A stretch of DNA of 64,000 nt, taken from positions 107,570,001-107,634,000 of the forward strand of contig OX597814.1 in the NCBI GenBank assembly GCA_951406725.2, read 5' to 3'. The notes under the pieces are model-generated. The model did no database searches, had not been told where the DNA came from, and saw only the letters and a list, made by a program, of their open reading frames with translations. The first letter of the stretch is position 1. Every line of letters begins with the position of its first letter. The DNA is from Octopus vulgaris. Its lineage: Eukaryota. The position numbers were made by a program, and so were the translations under genes. Below are positions 9,479-22,325 of the stretch, piece by piece.

Positions 9479-12400
9479 CTGAAAGTAAAATTTCAGTAAA
9501 TTCAATGAAACACCAGTCAATTTCTTTTTGCAAATTATTAAACAAAAAAAAAAGTTTAAAGTATGTTACTCAATGGTAATGTCATCAAAATACATTTTCA
9601 ATTTCAATAATAAAAACAATGTTATTTGTCCAAAATATACTGATTAATATTGAAGAGGTTCTATATATATCCGTTGATCCAGATTGATAAAGAAAAAATA
9701 TCTTTAAAATGTTGACCTGCAGAAGCACGTGCTGTCAAATTAAGGGAAGCAAAGAGGAAGTAACTCGTGGAGCTCTAACGCGCAGAAAACTACTCCTAAT
9801 TAACTCCCCTTTTGTAGCAGCACCACAATGAAAGTATTTCGACCATTTTAACTGTCATAAGACCCGACTTTCACTTCAAAATAAGTCGTTTACAACAACT
9901 TTACTCATTAAAATTACATCTATAGAAATTATTTTTTTAACACCGATTCTACATTTTTGCGGAAGGAGGGAGGGAGAGATACGGATAAGAAAACGAAAAT
10001 ACAAATAAGCGATGCTATTTAATTAAATTTTCAAAAAAATTATCTTCCAAAACATCAAAATGTTACATAATTATTTCGTCGTTAAAAAGAAAAAAACGAG
10101 GAAATAACGACAATAATAAAAGCTAGTTCGAAAAAAGGGTAAAATGAGTCAGTTGAAACTACTGGAGGTAAACAAAGAAGTTCATATTGAAGAAACGCCA
10201 AGCACCTCTGACCTACTTTAGCAGCAATAACAACCAAATACAAAAAGAAAAAAACATTTAGAAAAAAAAACATTTAAAAATTCAAAATATAAAAGCTTCG
10301 TGTAAACCTTAGTTAAATCGGGGGACGGGGGGGTTATATTGGAGACCCTAAATCAAACCAACATTTATTTAGTTATAATTCCGTTTATTAAAGAACTAAA
10401 AATATACTGTTTTCACTTCCGTATTCATTTGTTTCTTTTTTTCTCTTTCGTTAATGACCATTATATAACAATTCTTTACGAAAAATCCTGGAGCCTTTCA
10501 GAAATTTATAGTAAATAACATTGGGATTATTTTTCCATATTTATTGCATTACATGAAATGTTGAATGTTTATAAAGAGAGAAAAAAAAGGGGAAATATAC
10601 TTGAAATTATTAAATTGCACACCTTGGTTCTGTCTGTCTATATATCTATCGACATAGATATAAATATATATTATAAACACCTGTTAAATTCTCGGAAGGG
10701 AAACAAAATTGGTAAATAAGGAATATTATAAAACATAACCAAAAATCTATTTATATATGCACGCATTCTGTACATGGGGAATGATTTTTGAAAAAAAAAA
10801 CTTGATAAGACTAACGAGTGAGTAATTATATAAACAGTTTTAAGACATAAGCCAATGAGGGGGAGCAAAATGAAGGGTCATAAATATTTACTGACCTGCA
10901 CTTGGATATATCTTAAATTAGAATGCAAATAAAGGACAAGGGAAAAGGAAAACGAGCACAACGGAGAGAAACAGTAAATTTTGGAGAAATTATTTAAATA
11001 AAAGTTGGTCGATTGCAACGCAAAACAATTATGGTACAGGTTACAGTAGGTTTAATAAAAAACAATGTAGATCCAGGATTATAGTAAATAAAGATGGTTA
11101 ATGTAGTAGGATAATAACTGTGTCTGGCAAATAACACAAACAACACAATGGCTTTGTTCGGAACGAAAGGACGAGGAAAGCAAAAGATTTTAAAGAGCCA
11201 GCAGTAGCAGGAGTAGCAGCAGCAGTCTGTCCGATTTCATTCTAAAAACTTGCAACATGCTTGGGACAAGCGCTAAAACTATTCACAAGAACCACACATG
11301 TTTTTAAAAGGGGGCAAACAAACCGAGAAAAACGAGAACGACTGGTTTAAATGTATATAAGAAAAAGAGGAACTCACAGAGATAAACGGCCAAGCTAAGT
11401 CATCACGTGCAGTTTTAGAATATCTTAATGGTTGAGCTTTGCATGCAGGACTGGAGTTGGGATTTAAATAATGGAAACCGTGGGCTTTTAAAAGCAAAGT
11501 AAAAACTTTAAAAAAAACCCTCGACACAAGAAAATATTGTTAACAACTTCCGCTACAATAACATTTTGAACGGATTTGCTTTTTAAATTACGAAAAAAAA
11601 ATTTTTTTTTAGCACAACAGAACAAGAGAAAATAATATTTGATATTAAACTATGTTCCATGTTACAAGACTAACAAATATATAGAGAAAGAGAGAAAATA
11701 TGGACAGATAAAAGGGGACATCTTAAAAAGAAAAAAAAAACATAGTTGCCAATTACTGAATGAGGTGCGAGTTTTTGGCGGTAAGCACCATGGATGGAGC
11801 AAGAAAGAGGCAGCAGAGAGAATGGTGGATACAAAGAACGAGTTAATGTAGAAATTTTGAAATAAGACAAAAGAACAGTCCCGCACAATTACGTAGCTAA
11901 AATATATGCGAAAGCATTCGAATAAATTGTGATTGATGTGAATGCAAGACGGTATGGGGTTGAAAAGAAAAATAAGGAATAAACAATGATATTAAATATA
12001 TTTTACAGACACAGATAGGAGATGTTTTAAAATATAAACGGAATTATAGCAATAACACTTACTGTCATTCATAAAACAGTTGCGACCCCACCACCACCAC
12101 CGCTCAAGTGCTTTTTAAACCTAAATATTTAGACTGAACCGATAATATCCAAAAAAAATAGTTTTTAAAAATGATTTGTGGAAATGTCGAGAAAATACAA
12201 GTTGTATATACAAATATATACAAAATTAGCGAATGATTTAAATAAAACACGAGGTGGAGGAGAGAGAAAAAAATCAAAGAGAGCAAATAATCCGTGAGAG
12301 AGAGAAAAAAAAACTAAGAGCATTAGGGAGTTTGGTGATGAATGGCAGATTGTGAGACGTGAAAAGGGGTGAGTTTTACAAAGTTACCACAAGGGGGGGA

Positions 12401-14554
12401 AAAAAAGGAAGACGCGGGAACATTGGTAAAAAGCGCTAAGTTCAAAAGGTCGAGAGGAAACACCCTGGTCACATGATAGAGACAAAATAATAAGAGAAAT
12501 TATTAGGTTTTCATTTAAGAAAATAAAAATTAAAAGGCTGACATGAAGATAATCGAAAATTAAAAGATAAAATAACCCTAACGAAATATTTCTAATAGTA
12601 CACGGTATGTAAGGTACCCTGCCTCAGTGAAATCACTAAAGTGGGTTCACACATTTGAACTGAGAAGGAAAGGGATTGAATACGAGAAGCACCTAACTGA
12701 CGTTTGTTGTGTGTGGCTGATGATTATTGCAGCGAGAGGGAAACGAAAATTAAGCCGTGTTTAGGGTAGGAACTCGGAGTTATGAGCCATGGAGAGAAGG
12801 GACTTCGTTAAAAGACACAAATATATATTTATATAGCTATGGGGAGAAACGGAAGGGAAAGAGAGAGAGAGAGACCTTGCAGAATTCCTCTATTTATCAA
12901 TTAACATGTAAACAAAAGTTCTATCCTTGGAATAGAGATTTTAACACTGAAATACATTTATATATAATATATATATATATACACGCACGTACATATATGT
13001 TTGTATATACTACACATGGGCAGAGGTCAATGAAATATTTACCAACTACATACATCAGTAACATTACATTTACAATTAATCGGGATATAAATTGGAGAAT
13101 GTGTTTACAATCGGGAGAGGGCAAGTATTCAAAACAGAATGTGTGTGATGTGTATGTATATATATAAAGAGGATGAAGCATATTTTAAAATCGTGTCAGT
13201 TTCACGTTACTCATTACTGACAATCTACATGCACGATATGTGTGTATATAACAATATGTATGTGTGGTTATATATAAGTAATAATAAAGTGACCAGATCA
13301 TGAATGATTCTCTCCAATTTGTAAAGATGGAAAACCAGCAAGGCTTGCTCTTGTGTGAAAAACTAACACAAAAAAAATAAAAGATGTTGATGCAGTGATG
13401 TTTTTAGTTGGTGGTTTTACAAGAACAAGAAGTCGTTGGGAAAAAAAAATAAAGGTACCATCACGAGAACTGACCAACAGACAACAGTGTCAGGACACAT
13501 ACCATTGCTGTTTTAATAATTATTCACTCGTTTCATTTCGTTAAACGGGAATTACAAGAGAATTTTTGAATCCCAGACACACACACGAACCGAATATTTT
13601 CGGTAAAGCAGCATTTTAATTACGGTCCTAAAAAGAGGGATCTGTCAACTTTTTGGATTTATTTTTTTGTCTATATTTTCACATACATAAATAATAATCT
13701 GTGTGTTTCTTCCTGAAAATGGTTGTTTTAGGGATTGACAACAATTTACAGATGTTTTTGTAGTTTATGGAAGAGACGGGGGGGGGGGGCAAAATATGGA
13801 GAGGGTTTTTTTTTTTAAAGTATATTTGTGAAGCATTTTTTAAACATAAAATACAAGGTAAAATAAATTAAACGTGACAGTGATATTAAAGGGAAGGGGG
13901 GCAGAAAATATTTGACAGACAAATGAAACGAAATAATATAAATATTACAGAGTGTGTGTGTGTTTTAGTGTGGAGGGATGGATGGACGCTTCGAAAGAGA
14001 TATATATTATATTATTACAAAAAGGAGCTTTGGCTTTTTAAGCATGTCAGCAAAGGATGTGTTGGGTGTTTTGTGAGACAACATTTTAAAGTGTTATGTT
14101 ATCAATTGTGAGCCATGAGAGAGAGAGAGAAGATATCCCATGCCCTCTTTAAGTTTTAGTACGATTGTACTTGTCCGAAAGGAAGAAGCAGTCTTTCTTT
14201 CTCTTTTCCATTTTATCTCTTTTTTTTTTCGGTTTTAAGGACAGAGGTGGAAGTTAAATGAGTGACACCCACAGTGAATGAACGGCTAGCTGACTGGGTT
14301 TTGTGCGTTAATAGACGATAATAGACAATAATAACAACATGTACGGCGATAATGGTAGAATGGTTATTAACGGTGAAATAAAAGACAAGGCAAAGGAGAC
14401 TGAGGCGAGATCGCGATCGGTGATCAGGCTCTCTCTCCTCCAGTCCGTTGGTTAAACGAGGAGGAGCTAGGCTTGACGCTCCACTCTTTGGTACATGGCC
14501 AACGGACACGGGCAACGAAAGCGGGCAAAGTTTAAAGCTAAGTCAACCACTTAC

Positions 14555-14599
14555 TGCTTTCCGAAGTATCTTCCAATACAACCCGATAATAGTTGATGT
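14555..14599 (-). CDS. PPP4R1: PPP4R1 coding exon 2 (DINYYRVVLEDTSES)
   Basis: ttttatttcag acceptor, gtaagt donor; 45 nt, keeps phase with exons 1 and 3. Confidence 0.8.
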
Positions 14600-14679
14600 C
14601 TGAAATAAAATGGGAGAGCATTAAAATTGGCGCAAAACTTCAAATTAGAGCAACAAAGTCTGCTTTAGAAGACGCCTCA

Positions 14680-14860
14680 CCCGCCATGTTGTAGGAAACC
14701 ACGAGGTATGCAAGCTGCGTTTCTATTGGACCGTCTCATTATTTAACTGCTTCGCCATTGGTCGCTTTTAAATCTTTCACGGATTTAACCGATGTTAGTT
14801 TCGAATGTTACCGAGGATTGCCTTGGTTTGAGTTAGTCGAGCTTTGGTTCTCTCGGGTGT
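14680..14860. promoter_or_regulatory. PPP4R1 promoter, possibly bidirectional: two CCAAT boxes (ATTGG at 14725 and 14757, 32 bp apart) and a YY1-like AACATGGCGG over the start codon
   Basis: Motifs read directly just upstream of the ATG in CpG-containing sequence; TSS not determined. Confidence 0.55.
14681..14687 (-). CDS. PPP4R1: PPP4R1 exon 1 coding part (ATG GCG G)
   Basis: aacATGGCGG in good Kozak context followed by a gtgag donor; splices to give an MAD- N-terminus as in vertebrate PPP4R1. Confidence 0.8.
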
Positions 14861-16389
14861 AAGAATACATCATTGCACTCTTAACTGCCGCCGCCACACA
14901 TAATGACTTCCCAATATATATATATATAGAGAGAGAGATATTTATTTAGCGTTAATACATCACTCACTGCTGCCTTACATTTACTTCTAGCCATTCATAT
15001 ATTAATCTGTGTACAGAGAGAAATATATATCACATCTATTTCTCTAATTGTTCCACTAACATGGCAGTACTATTTTTTTATCTTCGTTTCTTATAATATT
15101 ACACTCATTGTATTTTAACTTGGATTTTTTACTTTTTTTTTCTTTTTTGGTGTCAAAAAAATCTTCTTTCCCTTTTTTTTTTTTTTATTGTGTCTTTTAT
15201 TTCAACCCCTGCAATTGAGAGATTTTTTTTGTAGGGGTTTACAATAAGAGCACACACACAAAAAAGGGAGCACTTGCTTGTAAATGTGATATAGACACAT
15301 ATTTCATTATTATCATTATATTTTAAAATGAAACGATTTAATTTTTTTTTTTCAATATTTCTTTTTATTTTTAGTTCTAAGAAAGACGATCCAGCCAACA
15401 TTTTAAATGAAAATACTTTTATTCGGCTACGATTATATTAAGTTCCTTTTTTATTACAGAATGAGGTGAGAAGGGGGGGGGGGCATGAGGCAATTTACTC
15501 CACTAACTTTCAAAAAAAAAAGTTAATCTAGTCCTGTTTGGTTAATTAATTAGTTTCATCTAATTTATTTAATATGCAATGTTAATGAGGATATAGTTTT
15601 ATTTTGTTCCCTAATAATAACACCCAATTACAGTGAGCTTCGTTGTTTGGTGTTTTAAATGTAGGAAATATTTTATGAGACAAGATGGGGACAAACTTAA
15701 TTCCCTCTGGCCTTTTTCGTGTCTCATTTCTTTTAGTTCCTTAAAAGAATTAACGTCATGTTTAATGTTTTACCATCATTGCAAAGTGAACCAAGTCCAA
15801 ATATAAAATATGAAGAAAGTTTGGGTTTTTTTTTAATCTCCCTGTTAATTGATGTGGTATAAGTTTTGGTGAGGCTGGGAGAGAGAATCTCCTGGTACCT
15901 GACTGCTATCAGGTTTTAACGACATTTCTAAGGATTTGAAAATGGTGGGCTTTAAGAAAGTTAGATTGGCACTCCAACCAAAATGTTGGCTCTTGGAGTC
16001 AGCATGCAGATTTTTTTTTTCTGAGTTCATATTTTCCCTAAATTAAAGCTCTGTTGCGTAGTTGACTTCTACATAAACATCTTAATTAATATATTTAACA
16101 CAATAAGTTAGTTGTCAATTTATAGTTTTGAATGGTGAGGAATTCTGTTTGTGTCACTTTAGGGCTTTTAATGAGATTCAGAGTTTTCGTTACGTTTTTG
16201 AAAGAATATAATTTATGAATTACGACATTGATTATAAAAGGACCTGAACACAATGGAAAATCTGTTTAGAAAGATGGATTAAGTTTTTTTTGTTTTTTTT
16301 TTTCGGAAGGGAAATATAATTATATAACTTAAGCAGAAAGCCATGAGTTTTTAGAGAAATCGATACCATCGATGTCCGTACTTGACTAA

Positions 16390-16760
16390 TGTTATCGACC
16401 CCGAAAGGATGAAAGGCAAAGTTCACCTTAGAGATGTTTTGAACTCAGGACATAAAGACGCCACGGAATTGCTCCCAAACATTTTGTTCGACGCGCTGAC
16501 TATTCTGCCAATTCGCCGCTTTAATAATCCTTCATATTATCAGCACATGGTGTGAAAATTTTGGAAGAAGATGCTAAGTCGATTGACATCAATCCCTGTT
16601 CCCAAATGGTGCTTATTTTATCGACTCCGTACGGATAAAGGGCTAAGTCAACATCGACGGCATTTGAACTCTAAACGTAAAGCCGGAAGAAATGCTGCTA
16701 AGCATTTTGTCCGGCACCGTAACATTTGTGCCTGCTCGCTGCCTTAATAATAATTATAAT
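16390..16760 (-). mobile_element. two SINE copies with the atcgaccccgaaaggatgaaaggc central domain
   Basis: Shared domain and B-box-like tttgaactc; the same family recurs at 53695-53900 and ~46730-46860. Confidence 0.65.
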
Positions 16761-17699
16761 AATAAACGATCCTATTAATGTTCAAAGCTACAAAATGATG
16801 TGAAATACACAAAAATATTAAAACCCATTTCACATAATTATTGTTAATTTTTGTTGGATTTCTGCCGATTCTTTCCCAACCTTGTTTCATTTACCGTGAT
16901 TTTCTTAAATTTATTCATGTCGAGTTTTTGGGAGTTGACGCTGATCACATTTCCAAAGAGGTATTGAATAAACTTTGGAATGGTCAGTTCTATCTGTATT
17001 TGATTATAAATATGGTCTAGTAACTTTTTACTTTCTAATTGTTAACAATTACTAGAAGGAATACCATTCCAACTTAATTTGCCAAGACATCTTTTTACCA
17101 ATGTAAATCTGGAATCTTGAATTCCAATTTTCCTCTCAGCTTTTGGTGTCTGGCAGGTTCCATTCATCTAAAGAGTGCTTGTTGCTAAAATCGAAATTAT
17201 ATTAGTAAGATATTCAAAGATAAATTTCTATATTTTTTCAACTCTTAATACCCGCCCAACTGTGGCCACCCCTGGTTAAATTATACAAGTTCCTTCTTTT
17301 ATAGCAATCAAAATTTCATGGTAATTTGTTCCAAATATAGATTTAATAATGATAAGCTTATTTTACTAAATTCTTTGTTATTTCTAAAATTAACGGCAAC
17401 AAAAGCAGTGTCTTTTATAAGAAATATATGTTGCAAGTTGTTGGCTGGTTTGTGGTGATGACTGATTCACTTGTTATGTTAGGATGGGCTCTCAGAAATT
17501 TTCTGGGATGAATAGTTTAGTCTGATTTGAAGAAAGAACTACAACTGATCAAATGAGTCTACGGTAATGATGGCCTATTAACAACGAATAAACTCAATGC
17601 AAAACAAATAGAATTATTGTAATTTCATCATTTAATATTACACTGTTGCTGTTTGTCTTGATGTAATTCTCAACTTAGTGCCATGTGTTAAGCATATTA

Positions 17700-18243
17700 T
17701 GAGGGTGAGTCAAAAGGTAATGCCATTTTGTTTAGGACAGGTATAATTACCAACACAGAAACATGTATCATACATCAAAATGAAGCTGGTCCTCTGGATC
17801 ACATCCCTACTTCTCAACATAGTCACCGTTTCTCTCAATAGCAATGTTCCACCTTTGAATGAGAGCATGTATCTCTGCCCCATAAAATTCTGTTGACTGT
17901 TCTTTGAGCCACTTCTTCACTACAGCTTTCACTTCCTTGTCACTGGAATAATGTTTGCCTTTCAAACCCTCTTTCATGGCACTGAAGAGATGATAGCCCA
18001 GTGACGAGGAAGTGAAAACTGTTGTGAAGAAGTGGCTCAAAGAACAGTCAACAGAATTTTACAGGGCAGAGATACATACTCTCATTTGAAGGTGGAACAT
18101 TGCTACTGAGAGAAATGGTGACTATGTTGAGAAGTAGGGATTTGATCAACAGAGGACCAGCTTCATTTTCATGTATGATACATGTTCTTGTGTTGGTAAT
18201 TATACCTGTCCTAAAAATGGCATTACTTTTTGACTCACCCTCA
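17700..18243. mobile_element. palindromic mariner derivative made of two transposase 3' ends head-to-head
   Basis: TA flanks; ~247-bp inverted arms (17700-17946, 17998-18243); arms encode the mariner C-terminus KAVVKKWLKEQSTEFY..RWNIAIERNGDYVEK. Confidence 0.9.
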
Positions 18244-18559
18244 TATGAACCAAATAAAACTGTGTTACAGTCATCTATCTTGCCATTCTATTGGTATTAC
18301 TAATGATATTAAAAAGAATGCAAAAAAATAAAGAAATGATTCAAATCTACATTGAAAATTTGCTGCTATGCAGCAAATATTTCTTGATTCTGTGAATACC
18401 TGCAACATGAAAAAAGTGAAAAAAACAAAAATATTATTTATATAGAAGGATAGTTAACAACAGAAACGTAGCTTGGTACAATCTCCCTTTCAACATCACT
18501 GTAAAAACACCCAATGTAACACTTGTTTCAATTAATTACTAACCATTCCCTAATCATTC

Positions 18560-19065
18560 CACAAATACGACAACCTTTTCAACAAAATACCATTGTTGTG
18601 GCTTGTGGTTCTTCGTCTGGTCTGTGTGGTGACTGATTGAAGTGATGAATGAAAATATGTTTCTTGGTTATGTGAAAGACTAACTGAATAACACCCACGA
18701 ACATTGACAGAAGATTTTGTCGCACATCGAGACAAACTGTGTTGGTCTTTTACAGCAATAATTAGAGACTGAGAGAGAAGGCAAAATTGAACTCTTTTCA
18801 AAGAAGTTATTTACGAGATATTGTCTAAGAACCTGAAGAAATCTGTACAACTGTTCCTCGCAACAAAGGAAGTGTATTTTGCTCAGCTACTCTACAACTA
18901 ATTACTGCTAAACACAGCTTTTATAGGGCACACGTGAAGATTGAGTCACATGATAGGGTTAGGGATGCTCATTGGTTGCTTAATAGACCAATCATGTGAC
19001 ACTATTCTGGTTTGCTTGTGATGTATGGCCTGTTACCTAGCAATCTGATTTCAAATCACTGCTGC
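18560..19065. mobile_element. dispersed repeat, probably a hAT end; paralogous to 62850-63386
   Basis: Shared blocks (gaagattt..gtcgcacat..agacaaactg; tcatgtga; tttcaaatcactg terminus). Confidence 0.55.
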
Positions 19066-21164
19066 ATATAGTAACAAAAATGTTTAAGTTACAATTTCTG
19101 TCTTGTAATTTTTACACACACACACATATAAAGAATAATGAGGAAAGAAAAATAAATTAATAAATTCTAGTGCCTTCTTACCAAACTGAAAACCAGAAAT
19201 TACTTCTGTCGCCAAAGTAATTATAAGAGATGTCATTAAAAACTGTTCATTTGCTGTGGAACCAGATTCTGAAGAATATGGCTAGAGGGGTTAATATCTT
19301 GAAAGACAAACTATTAGACTTATAGTCTTAATGTTGTTCAATATCGCTGCTTAATGCCTCATCTTCTATGTTCCAAATATAGAACAGCTATACAATAACC
19401 ACACATTTTTTTTATTATTTGAGACGAGTCAATGCCATGTCTTTTAATGGTCTGAAAGTGGTGCCATCATTGTTATATGCTTTTTTCAATATTTGAAGAT
19501 GTCAGCTACAGAAAGAACTTGCCAGAAGTATCCTATTAGAGTTGGAAATATCTTTACCATTCCAGTTGTTGAAGTACCAGTCCCTAAACAGTGGAATTCA
19601 CTTCCAACACCTTCCAAAATATTACTGTTCGTATTTTATCTGCTAATTTCTCAAACCAACATCAAACACTTATCTTTTACTCATTTCAGTCATCAGACTG
19701 CAGCCATGCTGGGGCAATGCCTTCAAGAAATTTTCATTGAATGAAACAAACCTAGCACTTCTTTTTAAGCCTGGTACTTAATCTATCAGTTTCTTTTGCC
19801 GAACCACTAAGTTATGGGAATATAAACACACCAACACCAGTTGTCAAACAGTGGGGGTGGATAAACACAGAAACACACTCACACACATAAACACACATGT
19901 GACAGATTTATATATATATATATAAAGGTACATGGCTCAGTGGTTAGGGTGTTGCACTCACAATTGCAAGAATGTGGGTTTGATTCCCAGAACAGGCATT
20001 GCATTGTGTTCTTGAGCAAAGCACTTCATTTCATTTTGCTCTGCAGTCATTTCGTCATCTGACTTGTGGCAACTGTACAGGCAATGTCTATTTGATGGAG
20101 GGAGTGACCTTATGTCTACACAAACATAAACATGATCACTATAAACAAATCATTGGTGTGGATGTTCAGCAAGAAATTACTGAATCCTCATGCATCATCT
20201 AATGACAGGAGAGTCCATCATCATATACATATATATACACGCACACACACATAGATACAATAGGCTTCTTATCTCCTCCCCTCTATGTTTAGCCCCTTGT
20301 GGGCAATAAAGAAATAAGAAACATGCAATACTCTGTCCTTGTTTGTCCCCTCTATGTTTATCCCCTTGTGGGCAATAAAGAATTAAGAAACATGCAATAT
20401 TCTTGGCAATGCCAAATATACTTCTGCTCTCAGAACCATTTCTAAACTTCAGAGATTCCTCTTCTAGAAGGTCAGTGTTAGAAATGATATTTTTAAGAAA
20501 TGGATATTTTATCCATGCTGTGCTCATCTTTAGAGCCTTGCTTTCTCTGCCAATCAGTCTAGTAATGCTCCTACACTCTTCCCTTCTCCTTGCTACCACT
20601 TATCACCTCCCCCTTCCTGAGCTACTCCTATTTATTTTATCCCCCCACCACAACTGATAGTTACCATTGACCATATCTCTATCCTGGTTCCATTCACTAC
20701 ATTCACCTCTACCCCCATCTCTAACCATCTTTCACCCTCCTCTCACACTCTTATGAACTCATCCTTGCCAATTTTTTCTCAATATTCTCTCTTACACTCA
20801 CCTTCCATCTTGTATTTTGAGAGCATGCTCTAACGCCTTGTCATCACTCTCATTGTCTTCTTTCCAGTTACTCTCAAGTACCCTTGTATATAACAGGGGG
20901 GTAACCATGTATCTCCTCCACAGGCCTCCCACCTGCTCTTTATCGTAATTGGCCTTCTCAACACCTGGTAAAGCCCCCTCCCACTCTCTCCTACAACTCC
21001 ACTTGATCAAGGGGTCTTTTTCTTTATCTTGTTACTTACTTGGTGGCCTCACTAATGCTGAGGTCATAAAAAAAGGCAGACAGTACCCTCTGTAAAGTGG
21101 TTGCCATTAGGAGGGGCTTCCAGTTGTGTGTGTGTGTGTATACATACATATATATACAAATCAA

Positions 21165-21662
21165 AATTGCTGACGTGGCCAATGACAGTACCACCTGATT
21201 GGCACTGGTTTCAGTGGAACGTTGAAAGCAGTATCCGAGCATGATTGTTGCCAGGGCTGCTGACTGGCTCCTGTACCGGTGACACATAAAAAGCATCACT
21301 TGAGCATGATCATTGCCAGCATCGCCTTACTGGCACATGTACCAGTGACATGTGAAAGACAACATTCAAACGTGGTCATTGCCAGTGCCGCCAGACCGGC
21401 TCCCATGCAGGTGGCACGTAAAAAACACCTTTGAGCGTGGTTGTTACCAGTACCACTTGACTGGCCCTCGTGCCAGGGGCATGTAAAAAGCACCCACTAC
21501 ACTCTCAGAGTGGTTGGCGTTAGGAAAGGCATCCAGCTGTAGAAACTTTGCCAGATCATATTGGAACCTGGTGCAGCCTTCTGGCTCACCAATCCTCAGT
21601 CAAATCATCCAACCCATGCCAGTATGAAAGCGGACGTTAAACAACAATGATGATGATGATGA
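21165..21662 (+). mobile_element. RTE LINE 3' UTR copy with internal ~80-bp repeats and (GAT)n tail
   Basis: The same sequence follows RTE ORF remnants at 30590-31343 and 48190-49420; further copies at ~27700, 38910, 47030, 47420, 47933, 50680 and 57300. Confidence 0.75.
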
Positions 21663-22066
21663 TATATATATATATATATATATACATACATATACATACA
21701 CACACATACCACACACAAATAAATAGTAACAGGTGATGGCTAAATGTCAGCTCATTACAGCTGTTTCTTACACATTTTTTAATAGAAGAATGAGTACATT
21801 ACATAATTTCTAAACAAACACAGCAGAAACATGCCTGAAGCTGGCCAAAGCTGACCATCATAATTTTCAGTATATTCATCAATGAAAAAAGAAACACATC
21901 TGAAACAGCTGTAATGACCTTCAACTGATTTGTGCTGTTTCTTTATGTAAACACCAAACCTGGAACCTTCCCTGTGTTGGATCTGCTATTCACAGGGAAT
22001 CACTTAATTGCTTGCCAGAATGCATATGCATGTTTTTAATACACCTGCATATGTATATGAATGTGT

Positions 22067-22291
22067 ATATTGATTTGTTCTTGTGCATCTGTATGTCAGT
22101 GTTAGGACATGGCTGTATATATATTGATACATGCGTGACTATCTGTACAACCTGGAATTGGTGTCCTTATTATTAAAATATTGATTTGTTCCTGTGCATC
22201 TGTATGTCAGTGTTAGGACATGGCTGTATATACATTGATACATGCGTGACTATCTGTACAACCTGGAATTGGTGTCCTTATTATTAAAATA
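22067..22291. repeat. direct tandem duplication, 111-bp period, 2 copies
   Basis: Near-identical units starting at 22067 and 22178. Confidence 0.9.
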
Positions 22292-22325
22292 CCTTGATTC
22301 GAATGAATCCTACAAATAATTAATC

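Noticed and set aside
14213-14515. 100-aa minus-strand ORF downstream of PPP4R1 exon 2
   Set aside because: Non-ATG start, no recognisable homology, lies within the intron
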